From positions 3,968,001 to 4,032,000 of the forward strand of contig OY769902.1 of the NCBI GenBank assembly GCA_963669175.1: DNA of 64,000 nucleotides. Reading direction: 5' to 3'. Of this stretch, positions 20,573 to 30,871 are shown in pieces. This stretch comes from a bacterium. Lineage in GTDB: Bacteria; Electryoneota; Electryoneia; Electryoneales; Electryoneaceae. The notes under the pieces were generated by a model. The model had not been told where the DNA came from, searched no databases, and was given only the letters and a program-made list of their open reading frames with translations. The first letter of the stretch is position 1, and every line of letters begins with the position of its first letter. The position numbers and the translations under genes are program-made.

Positions 20573-22396
20573 TTATACCGTAAACTCTTTCTCGCATAAC
20601 TCTGCATATAGCTTGCTGGTTTTCATCAATTCAGCGTGTGACCCATCCGCTACCAACCTGCCGTGATCAAAGACAAGGATTCGTTCAGCTCCGGCTATGC
20701 TGGACAGACGATGTGTCGCCAGTAGAACCGTTCTTCCTTTCCCGATCACATCCAGCGACTCGAGAATTTCTTCCGCGACATCCGAATCCAGCGCTGAAGT
20801 CGGTTCATCCAGCAGCAGGATCGGCGGATCTTTCAGCAGGGCGCGTGCAATGCTGATACGTTGCCTCTGTCCCCCACTCAACCGATCCCCCAGGTCACCA
20901 AGGTTCGTATCATACCCTTCCGGCAGGTCCAGGATGAATGGTTCCGCCTGGGCCAGTTGCGCAGCACGATGAATTTTTTCATCCGGGATGGTCACATCAT
21001 TGTAGCAGATATTGGCTTTTACTGAATCATTAAACAGAATGATTTCCTGCGTGACAAAACCGAACAGGTTCCGTAGTGACGCCAGCTCGTAGTCGGTAAG
21101 TTTCCTGCCGTCAAGGGAAATGGTTCCGGTTGATGGGTCATAGAAACGTGGCAACATGTTCAGCAGTGTGCTTTTTCCCGAGCCGGACCGTCCCACCAGC
21201 ACAACACGTTCACCCGGTTTAATGGATACACTGACATCGACAAGGGCCGCTTCACGTCCTTCCGAATACGTCAAGCCGACATGTTCCAGCCTGAGTTCCT
21301 GCTTGAAACCGGATGCGGCAACAGCTCCGGGTAGCTGACGAATGTGATGCTCTTCGTCCATCAGGTCAAACACACGCTCCGCTGCGCCCTCAGCGACTTT
21401 CAGGTTGCTCTGCACATTGCTGAGGCTGACGATAGGATTCAGCATTCCCATCAGCATCAACATGAAACGAATAAAATCATCCGTCGAAATCCACTGTCCC
21501 CCCAGCGCACGTCCTCCGACAACAAACAGAATTCCCGCCACAACCACAATGCCGACCACTTCATTGAGTGGACTGATAACTCGGCGAAGCCGTTCTTTCC
21601 CAATCGCCTGGCGGAAATGATCGTTTGTTGCTGAAGTGAACCTTTCACGTTCATACGGTTGCGCTCCATAGGCCTGTACGATACGCATCCCATAGAGCGC
21701 ATCATTCAAACGTGAAGTCACAACCGCCAGCTTCTCCTGGGTGCGTTTAGATTTTCGCTTCAGGCTCATCCCGGCAAGCGTAACCACCCCACTGGTCAAC
21801 GGCGCAATCAACAACGCTGCCAGAGTCATTTGCCAGGATATGGCAAGCAGCAGGATCAGAAAGAGAATCGCGGTGATGGGATCACGGATCAACTTGCTGA
21901 AACTGTCCGCCAATCCGGCATTCAACTGGTTCACATCATTCACGGCGGCTGATACAAGGTCACCGCTTTTTCGGGCATGGAAAAAAGCCAGATCCTGTTT
22001 AAGCAGGCGTTCGTACAGTTCATCCCGCATCTGTTTGGCGACACGCTGCTCTACCGAAGCTGCCAGGATGGTTTGTAGATAGAGAGCAAGGTTTTTGAAA
22101 AGAAATGCTGCGACAATGAACAAGATGGCTCTTTTCAACGTATTCGAAGGCGTATCGGCTGCGAGGAAAGATGCACTCAGGTGTTTCAACGCATCAATAA
22201 AATTGTGCAAACCGATGGCGCCTTCCGGCATAGGCGGGACAATCATCTGCTCTCGCAGCAGAGATTGTATAAAATCCGCTGCCAGCCAGTAACTCACCCC
22301 GGAGAACGCCACGAAAAGGAGGCTGGCAAGCACAGTCCCCAGAACTCGCAGCCAGTGTGGACGTAAATAGTGTATGTATCGAATCAGAAAAGTCAT
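20573..22396 (-). CDS. MsbA-like ABC transporter (TMD+NBD)
   Basis: TM domain, GRSGSGKST, LSGGQRQR, LLLDEPTSALD. Confidence 0.93.
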   Translation of the reverse strand: MTFLIRYIHYLRPHWLRVLGTVLASLLFVAFSGVSYWLAADFIQSLLREQMIVPPMPEGAIGLHNFIDALKHLSASFLAADTPSNTLKRAILFIVAAFLFKNLALYLQTILAASVEQRVAKQMRDELYERLLKQDLAFFHARKSGDLVSAAVNDVNQLNAGLADSFSKLIRDPITAILFLILLLAISWQMTLAALLIAPLTSGVVTLAGMSLKRKSKRTQEKLAVVTSRLNDALYGMRIVQAYGAQPYERERFTSATNDHFRQAIGKERLRRVISPLNEVVGIVVVAGILFVVGGRALGGQWISTDDFIRFMLMLMGMLNPIVSLSNVQSNLKVAEGAAERVFDLMDEEHHIRQLPGAVAASGFKQELRLEHVGLTYSEGREAALVDVSVSIKPGERVVLVGRSGSGKSTLLNMLPRFYDPSTGTISLDGRKLTDYELASLRNLFGFVTQEIILFNDSVKANICYNDVTIPDEKIHRAAQLAQAEPFILDLPEGYDTNLGDLGDRLSGGQRQRISIARALLKDPPILLLDEPTSALDSDVAEEILESLDVIGKGRTVLLATHRLSSIAGAERILVFDHGRLVADGSHAELMKTSKLYAELCEKEFTV

Positions 22397-22614
22397 GGCG
22401 TGAATATACGAAGTGAACCGGCTCACGACAGGGGCTTTTTGAAAAACCCTCACGGTGAAAGGCTTGTGATGCTGCTCGCCTCGGAGAGTCTTTCTTTGTC
22501 AGTACCTTATCAGAGAACGAAGTTCGATATTTTGATTGAAGATCACATTCCAGTGGATCGATTCACATGGATCGATCCACCAGGCTCCAACTTCGACATA
22601 AACGGTTTTTACTC

Positions 22615-23793
22615 ATGCGCATAGTAAAACTGGAGAACCTGCATACCGGGGATATTCTTGGCAAATCACTTTTCAACAAACGTGGTGAACTTTTACTCGC
22701 TTCAGGCTTTCAGCTTTCCGATGAGATGATCGCAAAGATCCGCAAATCCGGGTTCCATTATATCTATGTCATGGATGAAGCGACCAGAGATATCGTCCCG
22801 GAAGAAGTAATCAGCGATACTGTGCGTCAAGTTGCCAACCAGAAACTGGCGGAAACTATTGATGGCGTGAAAGGCAACCTGGCCTTTGAAAAATTTGCTC
22901 CTGCCGAAATAAAGAAGCGTCTTGAAGAGGACCAGAAGCTCCGCTCATTTGTGAAGGTGGCGGATATCAGGAAACAGGTTGGCAATATCCTTGAAGAAAT
23001 CATCGACAACCAGATCATGATGTTTTCGTCTCTCCCGATGAAATCGGACGAGGGGCATGAGATGGAACATGCCATGGATGTGACACTTTTGTCACTCCTG
23101 TTGTCGCGCGAATTCAATTTTGATCATCGTGAAATGCGTGCCCTGGGCACCTCAGCCATGCTTCACGATATCGGAAAGATGGTGTTCCCCACGTTGCTGA
23201 AAACACCTGTATCCGAGTTGTCTCGTGATCAGAAGATGATGCTCCGCGAACATCCCGTCTATTCCATGCTGATTCTTCAGGGCAGTGAACCGACGGCTTA
23301 TGTCGAACAGGCAACCGTCCTGCAACACCATGAACAGCACAATGGCAAAGGATTTCCAAAGGGACTTCGCGGCTTTGGACGTCCTCCGATAAAAGACCGT
23401 GGCAAAGACCAGGGCTTCATTCATCGCCATGCCGAAATTCTGGCAGTGGCAAATGTCTACGACAACATGGTTTCCGGGACACAGGACGGAACCGTGTATT
23501 CCCCGGATATTGCGATACAGAAAATTGTAAATGGTGATACCGGATTATGGAATCCCTGGGTTGTGAAAGCCTTGAGTAAAGTGATATCGGTCTTTCCCAA
23601 GGGTTCGATGGTCCGCATCAACAAAACGGCCACCCATGCTTTTGAAGGCTATGTCGGAGTAGTAGCCAAAACAAACGAGTCAGATCCACATCGTCCTTTC
23701 CTGGTTCTTATCCAGAACGCGGTTGGCGCGGACATCACTCCGAAGATTCTGGATCTGAATTCGGAGAAACACGCAACTATTGAACTGGCATAA
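22615..23793 (+). CDS. HD-GYP domain protein (c-di-GMP phosphodiesterase-like)
   Basis: LHDIGK, HHEQHNGKGFPKGL, LAVANVYD. Confidence 0.88.
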   Translation: MRIVKLENLHTGDILGKSLFNKRGELLLASGFQLSDEMIAKIRKSGFHYIYVMDEATRDIVPEEVISDTVRQVANQKLAETIDGVKGNLAFEKFAPAEIKKRLEEDQKLRSFVKVADIRKQVGNILEEIIDNQIMMFSSLPMKSDEGHEMEHAMDVTLLSLLLSREFNFDHREMRALGTSAMLHDIGKMVFPTLLKTPVSELSRDQKMMLREHPVYSMLILQGSEPTAYVEQATVLQHHEQHNGKGFPKGLRGFGRPPIKDRGKDQGFIHRHAEILAVANVYDNMVSGTQDGTVYSPDIAIQKIVNGDTGLWNPWVVKALSKVISVFPKGSMVRINKTATHAFEGYVGVVAKTNESDPHRPFLVLIQNAVGADITPKILDLNSEKHATIELA

Positions 23794-23833
23794 TAGCCCG
23801 AATCGTTTGATTCGGTTCACAAGTGGAGAAAAC

Positions 23834-24508
23834 ATGCGCACAGACAAAATCATGCAACGGAAAGTCTTCCTCGCGCTTTTCCTGGTGAGTACGCTCGCCT
23901 TTTCCCTTGGATGCAAAACAACGAGCGATCAGGCAAAATCACCCGCTTCTACAGTTGACCTGGACCGTCTCGCCAACATGATGACCGGAGTATTCAGTTC
24001 AGCATCGCAAGCTGCGGCCGATCCGGACAATTTCCAGGATACACGACTTATCATGCTTCCCATCTGGACAACACGCACAGATGGTCACTGGTTATACGTG
24101 GAAAAGGCTCTGGGCGTGCGTGAAGACATCCCTTACAAGCAGCGTGTGTATCATCTGTACATGCGTCAGGACCAGAAGCTCGTTTGCGATATCTATCAGC
24201 TCCCGGGTGACCCGCTCAAATATGCCGGTGCAAGACGCGACCTTTCGGCCTTCTCCGGATTGACGCCTGACTCTCTCATCACCATGGCTGACTGCAGAAT
24301 CCTGTTTACGCTTCAAGCAGACGGTGGTTTCTCTGGCCAGACTGAGGGGAAGGGTTGTGACGGTGGACTTCCCGGCTCCAGGTACACCATCACAGAATTG
24401 ACCATATCCGATTCAGTCCTTGTTTCCTGGGAGAAAGGATTCAACGATTCAGGCAAACAGGTCTGGGGCGGCGCAGCAGGTTATCGGTACATCAAAGAGG
24501 GAAACTGA
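23834..24508 (+). CDS. CpcT/CpeT family chromophore-lyase-like lipoprotein
   Basis: Lipobox LGC, then MTGVFSS..QA, WLYVE, PYKQRVY, SWEKGF...QVWG. Confidence 0.85.
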   Translation: MRTDKIMQRKVFLALFLVSTLAFSLGCKTTSDQAKSPASTVDLDRLANMMTGVFSSASQAAADPDNFQDTRLIMLPIWTTRTDGHWLYVEKALGVREDIPYKQRVYHLYMRQDQKLVCDIYQLPGDPLKYAGARRDLSAFSGLTPDSLITMADCRILFTLQADGGFSGQTEGKGCDGGLPGSRYTITELTISDSVLVSWEKGFNDSGKQVWGGAAGYRYIKEGN

Positions 24509-24660
24509 TCGATCGTTCATTATCATTTACCCCCGACAGGGTTACAATTTATCTTGTTGTAATTATTACGCAAACAGCTTCACAAACCATTTTCTCACTT
24601 CTTGCGGCAATCTCCAGCAAGCCGTAGCTTATAAGTATCGACTACTACCAGGGGCTTCCC

Positions 24661-27600
24661 ATGCACCGTTGCTACCGTTTTCTGATTACTGCGATAGTCC
24701 TGACAGGTATCTTTTCCCTTCCCGCTTCTGGCGAAGTGTACGAGACCGGCTCGTTACGTGGTTTCATCCTGGGTGATGAACCAGCCTGTGCCTACGACAA
24801 CTGGTTTTCTCGTACCGTCGAAGGACTCGCAGTTGATGGTGGTTATAACGACCATATCCCCCCCGAACTTGATCCGCAAACACGTGGATTCGGGAATTTC
24901 GAATACATCGAAGAAGAAGATGCGGGCACCATGGAAGCGCTATGGCTGCATCTTTTTCAGGCATTGTGGCTCGGTGACCATGAGACGGCTGAAGGATTAA
25001 TCGGTGAGAATGAACTCCCTTACGAGTTTGTCTATTTCACAGACACAGAGACGGGCAATCAGTATTACATGTTGCGTGAATTGATTAACACCGCCTATGT
25101 GGATACAGGTTTTTACGCCGGTCCTGAAGATGATGTGATCGGCGGATTCGATTACGGTTGGGGTTTGTACATTGTTAATCCGGACGCTGAGTATCCGGGC
25201 GTAAATATCCAGGTTTGCCACGTCAATGACGACTTCATTGCCCCACCTTATGCCGTTGAGGCATTCCTTGAAGGTGATTTCAATTCACTGGCGCTTTGGG
25301 GAACCGGACGTGAAGTCATGTCGGTGGAAGGTGAAGATTACAACAACAGTCGTTCCCTGTCTGACCCGTCGCGAAACGGCAACCTGCCGTTCCAGTGGTT
25401 TACCGAGTTTTTCGTGGATACAACACGGAGCCAGGGACTGCATGACCTGGTAATACAGGTACACAGTTATGACACTGAATCCCACAACGGCGAGCCAACC
25501 CTGCAAGTCAGCGGCGGCAATGCAGACGGCTATCCGAACCGTCCCACACGCGACCTGTCCTATACGGGTTTTGATTGGGTGAATTGCTGTCCGACAATTA
25601 TGGTTCCGGCCAATTATTGCATGGAAGGTCAGGAGGAAGTTGAAGTCCAGGAAATGTTCGCCATCTGGCGTGGTTGGGGTGTCACTCACATTGAAAGTGG
25701 TGCAGGTATTTCCCGTGATTGCTATTTACCAGGATACCCGGACAGTCCGCAGATGTGGACTTGCAGAGAGAACACCAATTCTTATGAGACCTATGATCAC
25801 TGGCTGCATTTTGAATTGGATGAGCTTCCCTGGGCTTTGCAGGATGCTGAAATTACCGAGCTTGAATACTACGCCGGCACAGCGCCGCCAACAGAAGCGA
25901 ACTGGGCTGCATTTCTTCGCTATTTCGAGACAAGTTTAGAAGGCCTGGTTCAGAGCGTACATAACATGTACGAGTACCTGGATGAGACACCGCCAACCGC
26001 ACCACAATCTCCCTATATCTACTATGCCGGTGATAACTTCATGGAAATCGGCTGGAGTACACGTTCCTATGATCCCTATTTCCAGGCCTATGAGGTTTAT
26101 TTCGGAACCACGGAAACTATTAATCTGGACAACACTCTCTGGACAATACAGAACGACCCGAACCTGGTAGGGCAAAACCTTCAGTATACACGCGTTGAAG
26201 GATTGACACCCATGCAGAGTTATGGATTCCGGGTACGCGGTGTTGACATGTCCGGCAATGTGAGTGAATTGAGTACTGCGACCGCTTGGGGATTCAGCCA
26301 GGAAGGCAGCGCTTCTCCCCTGGCATTTGACCTGTTTGCACCGACCAGCGGCGACACCTGCCATACCCTGGATACGACACTGGTCTGGTACAGCACATCT
26401 GACCCGGATTTGTACGATATCCCCCGTTATGATGTATGGATGGATACGCTGGCAAACATGTCAACCATGTGGATGGTTGCGGATGGCGACAGCATCCAGG
26501 ATACTACAATTGATGTCAGCGGCCTGCTGAACTTCAAGGATTATTACTGGACTGTTCGCGCCACGGACCGGAACACGGAAGGCACATGGGCCAACGACAC
26601 CCTGTCTTTCCGGACCTACCGCCCGGTTCCACCAGCCGAATTCACGCAGGATTACCCGCTTGAACGCTCAACATTGTGGAACGTGGAAGAAACAGACCTG
26701 GTTTGGAATTCAACCTACGATCCGGATGGACTGGCCGATATCACTTACCAGGTATCCTGGGCAACAAATATAGAATTCACAGAGAATTACGGTTCATTCA
26801 CGACAACTGACACATTCACAACAATCGACGATCTGGAAATCAATGCTACCGTGTATTGGAGGGTCTTGGCCTGGGATAACCTGGACACGACCTGGACCGA
26901 CACATGGCGCTTTTATACCTGGACACCGGACTACCCAGAGTTTTCTCTTGACACTCCGACTGACGGAGAAACTGTCCTCAATGATACAGTAACAGTGACC
27001 TGGACTGCCCCGGAAACATCCTACCTGCCTGAAGATTTTGCATTGGCCGAACTGGATGAACAAACGTACGTAAATGCAGCCTTTGCTGACCTGCCAAAGG
27101 GGTCTGAGATTGCGTTCGGGGCTGGTGAATCCGAGCTGGATGATCATGGCGGTCCGGATTCCTTCGGACATGTCTGGATTGACAACAAGGAGCATGGCGG
27201 CCCGGCATTTGACTGGGTGGACATTTCCGAAATTGGAACCCTTTCAGATGCAAGCAATATCGATGATGGTTGCGCTCCGGCGACAATCCCCTTCCCGTTT
27301 ACCTATTATGGTGAGGAATACGAAACTGTCCATGTCGGTTCGAACGGAAACATGAACTTCCTCACCTCTGATGATGCCGACTGGAGCAATAGTGGCATCC
27401 CGAATGACGATGGTCCCTCCGCCATGATCGCACCGTTCTGGTGCGACCTGCGTCCGAATTATCGTGGCGACATCTACACCTGGGGTGACTCAACCATGTT
27501 TGTGGTGTCCTGGCTGAATATCCGTCAATACAGCCACGAAGAATGGGATTATTATTTCCAGGTAATCCTGTACCCTGACGGTATGATCAAGTTCCAGTAC

Positions 27601-29118
27601 CTGAACATGGACGGGGACCTGGATATCGCCTGTATCGGTATAGAGAACGGTGATGAGGATGACGGGTTGCAGGTTGTATACAATGCAGCGTACCTGGAAG
27701 ACAGGATCGCGATCCTCTTCACACCGGATGATTACCTGTATACGGTTGAATGGTCCGCTTCGGCAGAATTCGCACCCTCTACCCTTGAATACACACTGGA
27801 TAATGAATTCACCATTACCGATGTGGAAATTCAACAATTCCTTATACAGAACAGGTTGCTGGAAGAACTGGATGAACTTCCCGATGATATAACCATTTAC
27901 TGGCGTGTGAACACACGTAACTTGTACAGTCTTCGGAGTTTTGCAGCTCCCGGTATTAACGGCCAGACCTTCACAGTCTTTGTCCCGGAACCGCCGGTCG
28001 CTTTTGATATGGCCTACCCGGCAAATGAAGACACCGTTGTAACAGATACAGTGACAGTTGGCTGGAATGCAGCGTACGATCCAGATCCTGACGACACGTT
28101 GACGTACGTCGTTCAGTGGTCCCAAAACAGTGACTTCTCCGATTTTGCTGTGGCGACAACCCAAGATACTTTCCTGATCCTGACCGGAATGGATATGGAA
28201 GTATTCACCAGAAGCAACAGCTCAGAGTTTGCATCGGTTGCCCGTAAAAAGACGGCGCCACAAGCCATGCAGGTTAAGACCAAAAATCCATCCAAGGCCA
28301 GACAGATCTCGGGGACTGCCTTGTCAGGTGGTGCAACAGCGAATACACTTGACGAACTGGATGAGCTCCCGGATGACAGCCATATCTTCTGGCGGGTACA
28401 AGCGGTTGATGAGCTGAGAAACAGCGTATGGGCCAACCAGGGCACAGATGGCTGGTGGTTCCATGTGCAGGTGCCGGAACCGCCGCCTGCGTTCGCGCTA
28501 CTGGAACCGGAAAACGATGACACACTGGCTGTCGAAGAAGCCACCCCGGCCACACTTCGCTGGGAAGCGGCGAATGATCCGGACCCGAACGAAACAACCA
28601 GTTATAACCTGTATTACCAGTATACTCAGGGACAGGATACGGACACACTTTACTATAGCGATTTAGCAGACACAGCACTCGTCATCAACCTGGCGGACTC
28701 GCTGGGGATTGAGTATTGGGAAGAAACAATACAGGTCACCTGGTGGGTGCTGGCCGGTTCAGAAAATGACACAACGCAATGCGATGAGGATTTCATCTTC
28801 CACATCGCCCCGAATTCAGCAGTACCGGAAAAACCATTTGCAGGGATGCCAACGGAATACAGTATCGCAGCCCTGTACCCGAATCCGTTCAACCCGACAG
28901 CAACTGTGGTCGTGGGATTGCCCCAGGCCAGCCACCTGAAAGTACAGGTATACAACATTCTCGGTGAACTGGTTGAAACGGTTGTCAACAACGATATGCG
29001 AGCGGGGTATCACCGTCTGATCCTTGAGGGATCGAACTGGGCTTCCGGGCTCTATTTTGTTCGTGCCGAGAGTCCGGGACAGATGAATGAAGTACAGAGG
29101 ATTTTCCTGGTCAAATAA
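24661..29118 (+). CDS. Large T9SS-secreted multidomain protein (putative N-terminal Zn-hydrolase domain, FN3/Ig-like repeats, CTD)
   Basis: 1485 aa with a signal peptide, repeated YW.V.A FN3-like modules, a GGPDSFG module and a C-terminal LYPNPFNP...SGLYFVR sorting domain. Confidence 0.9.
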   Translation: MHRCYRFLITAIVLTGIFSLPASGEVYETGSLRGFILGDEPACAYDNWFSRTVEGLAVDGGYNDHIPPELDPQTRGFGNFEYIEEEDAGTMEALWLHLFQALWLGDHETAEGLIGENELPYEFVYFTDTETGNQYYMLRELINTAYVDTGFYAGPEDDVIGGFDYGWGLYIVNPDAEYPGVNIQVCHVNDDFIAPPYAVEAFLEGDFNSLALWGTGREVMSVEGEDYNNSRSLSDPSRNGNLPFQWFTEFFVDTTRSQGLHDLVIQVHSYDTESHNGEPTLQVSGGNADGYPNRPTRDLSYTGFDWVNCCPTIMVPANYCMEGQEEVEVQEMFAIWRGWGVTHIESGAGISRDCYLPGYPDSPQMWTCRENTNSYETYDHWLHFELDELPWALQDAEITELEYYAGTAPPTEANWAAFLRYFETSLEGLVQSVHNMYEYLDETPPTAPQSPYIYYAGDNFMEIGWSTRSYDPYFQAYEVYFGTTETINLDNTLWTIQNDPNLVGQNLQYTRVEGLTPMQSYGFRVRGVDMSGNVSELSTATAWGFSQEGSASPLAFDLFAPTSGDTCHTLDTTLVWYSTSDPDLYDIPRYDVWMDTLANMSTMWMVADGDSIQDTTIDVSGLLNFKDYYWTVRATDRNTEGTWANDTLSFRTYRPVPPAEFTQDYPLERSTLWNVEETDLVWNSTYDPDGLADITYQVSWATNIEFTENYGSFTTTDTFTTIDDLEINATVYWRVLAWDNLDTTWTDTWRFYTWTPDYPEFSLDTPTDGETVLNDTVTVTWTAPETSYLPEDFALAELDEQTYVNAAFADLPKGSEIAFGAGESELDDHGGPDSFGHVWIDNKEHGGPAFDWVDISEIGTLSDASNIDDGCAPATIPFPFTYYGEEYETVHVGSNGNMNFLTSDDADWSNSGIPNDDGPSAMIAPFWCDLRPNYRGDIYTWGDSTMFVVSWLNIRQYSHEEWDYYFQVILYPDGMIKFQYLNMDGDLDIACIGIENGDEDDGLQVVYNAAYLEDRIAILFTPDDYLYTVEWSASAEFAPSTLEYTLDNEFTITDVEIQQFLIQNRLLEELDELPDDITIYWRVNTRNLYSLRSFAAPGINGQTFTVFVPEPPVAFDMAYPANEDTVVTDTVTVGWNAAYDPDPDDTLTYVVQWSQNSDFSDFAVATTQDTFLILTGMDMEVFTRSNSSEFASVARKKTAPQAMQVKTKNPSKARQISGTALSGGATANTLDELDELPDDSHIFWRVQAVDELRNSVWANQGTDGWWFHVQVPEPPPAFALLEPENDDTLAVEEATPATLRWEAANDPDPNETTSYNLYYQYTQGQDTDTLYYSDLADTALVINLADSLGIEYWEETIQVTWWVLAGSENDTTQCDEDFIFHIAPNSAVPEKPFAGMPTEYSIAALYPNPFNPTATVVVGLPQASHLKVQVYNILGELVETVVNNDMRAGYHRLILEGSNWASGLYFVRAESPGQMNEVQRIFLVK

Positions 29119-29217
29119 GGAAATACTTCCGGTAGGTTTGGCGATTTGCTTCTTGTTTGCGACCTTTGTATTCGGGTTGGCAATCGGAAGCGATCGCGTA
29201 ACATGCTGGAGGACAAG

Positions 29218-30051
29218 ATGTTACATACTTCAACGAGCCTGTATGACCGGTGTATGGAGAAGACGCCGGAGCAGGTGTTTGTGAACTCGCTTCGTCGCGA
29301 GTTTGAGCTTTCACCGGCTGCGAGTACGGGGATATTGGAGCTTGCCAAGCGTTGTTTGTTCGGTACGATGCCGTCAACGCTTGGCAAGCTTCGTTTTTTA
29401 TGTGCGTCCAAGAAAGCTCGTCACGGTCGTCCCTTACGCGAACAAGACCTGATTCGTGTCGAACTGACACTGGATGACGGTGTTGAGGACTTGGATGTTC
29501 TGCGCGAACTGGGCGCTTCATCGCTTCGTCAGCAACGGATTCTTCGGCTAACCGAAGAGACGTACCAGCAGGGTGGGTTGCTGACACAGGAGGATCTGAG
29601 TCGTCTGCTGCACGTTTCAGATCGGACCATCCGCAAGGATATTGCGTTGCTGCTTGCTGACGGGAATACGGTGCATACGCGTGGCTACGACCATGACATT
29701 GGGCGTGGGTTATCGCACAAGGCACGGATCGTTGATTTGTACCTGGGTGGCCGGACCTATGATGAGATCATCCGTCTGACACGTCACAGCGCGTTTGCGA
29801 TCAAGCGCTATGTGAGTACGTTTGGACGCTTGTTGCTTCTGCTTAGCCATGACATTACCGAGCTGACCGACCTGAGCCGTCTGCTTCAACAGAGCGAACG
29901 GTTGACGGGTGAGTACCTGGATCTGTTTGCAAAATACAAACAGGGTGATCACTGGCCGACAAGCTATGTCGAACTTCTGGAGCAGTTGCAAGCACAGTAT
30001 CCCTCAAAAAAAAGAGCGGGACAAGGTGGCGGAGGCGTCCATGAAAACTGA
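29218..30051 (+). CDS. DUF1670-like protein A
   Basis: GGAGG RBS before the ATG at 29218. Motifs QQGGLLTQEDLSRLL (HTH), TRG..HDIG, SHK and H...RY. Confidence 0.85.
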   Translation: MLHTSTSLYDRCMEKTPEQVFVNSLRREFELSPAASTGILELAKRCLFGTMPSTLGKLRFLCASKKARHGRPLREQDLIRVELTLDDGVEDLDVLRELGASSLRQQRILRLTEETYQQGGLLTQEDLSRLLHVSDRTIRKDIALLLADGNTVHTRGYDHDIGRGLSHKARIVDLYLGGRTYDEIIRLTRHSAFAIKRYVSTFGRLLLLLSHDITELTDLSRLLQQSERLTGEYLDLFAKYKQGDHWPTSYVELLEQLQAQYPSKKRAGQGGGGVHEN

Positions 30052-30871
30052 GGTACGGAACCGTTATGAATCCCTGCCGAAGCGGAACTTTCGCACTGCG
30101 ATCATCCGGTTGTTGGAAGAGCAGTACAAGATTCTTGGCAGCCACAAGGTCTTGGCCATGGTGGCGGATGACATCATGCAACTGCACCGTGAGTTCTATC
30201 CGGATATCGAGCAACGCAGCGGTGGCAGTATTGTGTGGCGTACGACAGGTGCACAGTGCCACAAGCCCAGCTATGGGACACGGGTAGAAGACTATGAGGT
30301 GAAGACCGTCATTCTTCCGCTTGTCACTGAAGAAGATGTGGTTGATCGTATTCGTCGCCACTATGGAAAAGACGGTGCGGGCAAACAGCGCGACAGGGAT
30401 ATTGCAGTGCTGGCGCGGTTGGTGAAAAGCGCGTACGAACAAGGCGGGTTATTAAGCGGCGCGGAATTGAGTGTGTTGTTGAACCGGTCGCTGACGACCA
30501 TTGGCAAGTACATCCAACAGTATCATGAAACGCATGATGACATCCTGCCGACGAAAGGAATCATGTTGGACCAGGGAAGCCGTCCCACACACAAGGCCGC
30601 AATCATTGACCTGTACGAACAGGGCTATCCGGAACCGGATATCGCTCGCTTGACCACGCATACCCTTGAAGCGGTGGGTCGTTACTTGCGATCTTACAAA
30701 AACATCAAGTTCCTGATGGTCAAAGAACTTAATCTGATGGAAATTGTGCGTACTACCGGACTCGGACGTAGTACAGTGGTCCAATATCAGAAACTGGTGA
30801 TGCAGTATCATCCTGACCTTAAACCTAAAGATAAACAAAAAGATACAACGAAAAAGGACAAGAAAAAGTAA
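30041..30871 (+). CDS. DUF1670-like protein B (paralog of A)
   Basis: GGAGG RBS before the ATG at 30041, overlapping the end of A. Motifs EQGGLLS, PTKG..LDQG, THK and H...RY. Confidence 0.85.
   Translation: MKTEVRNRYESLPKRNFRTAIIRLLEEQYKILGSHKVLAMVADDIMQLHREFYPDIEQRSGGSIVWRTTGAQCHKPSYGTRVEDYEVKTVILPLVTEEDVVDRIRRHYGKDGAGKQRDRDIAVLARLVKSAYEQGGLLSGAELSVLLNRSLTTIGKYIQQYHETHDDILPTKGIMLDQGSRPTHKAAIIDLYEQGYPEPDIARLTTHTLEAVGRYLRSYKNIKFLMVKELNLMEIVRTTGLGRSTVVQYQKLVMQYHPDLKPKDKQKDTTKKDKKK

Noticed and set aside
23834-24508. CpcT/CpeT as evidence of phycobiliproteins
   Set aside because: Homologs occur widely in non-phototrophs, and no phycobiliprotein genes are in the window.
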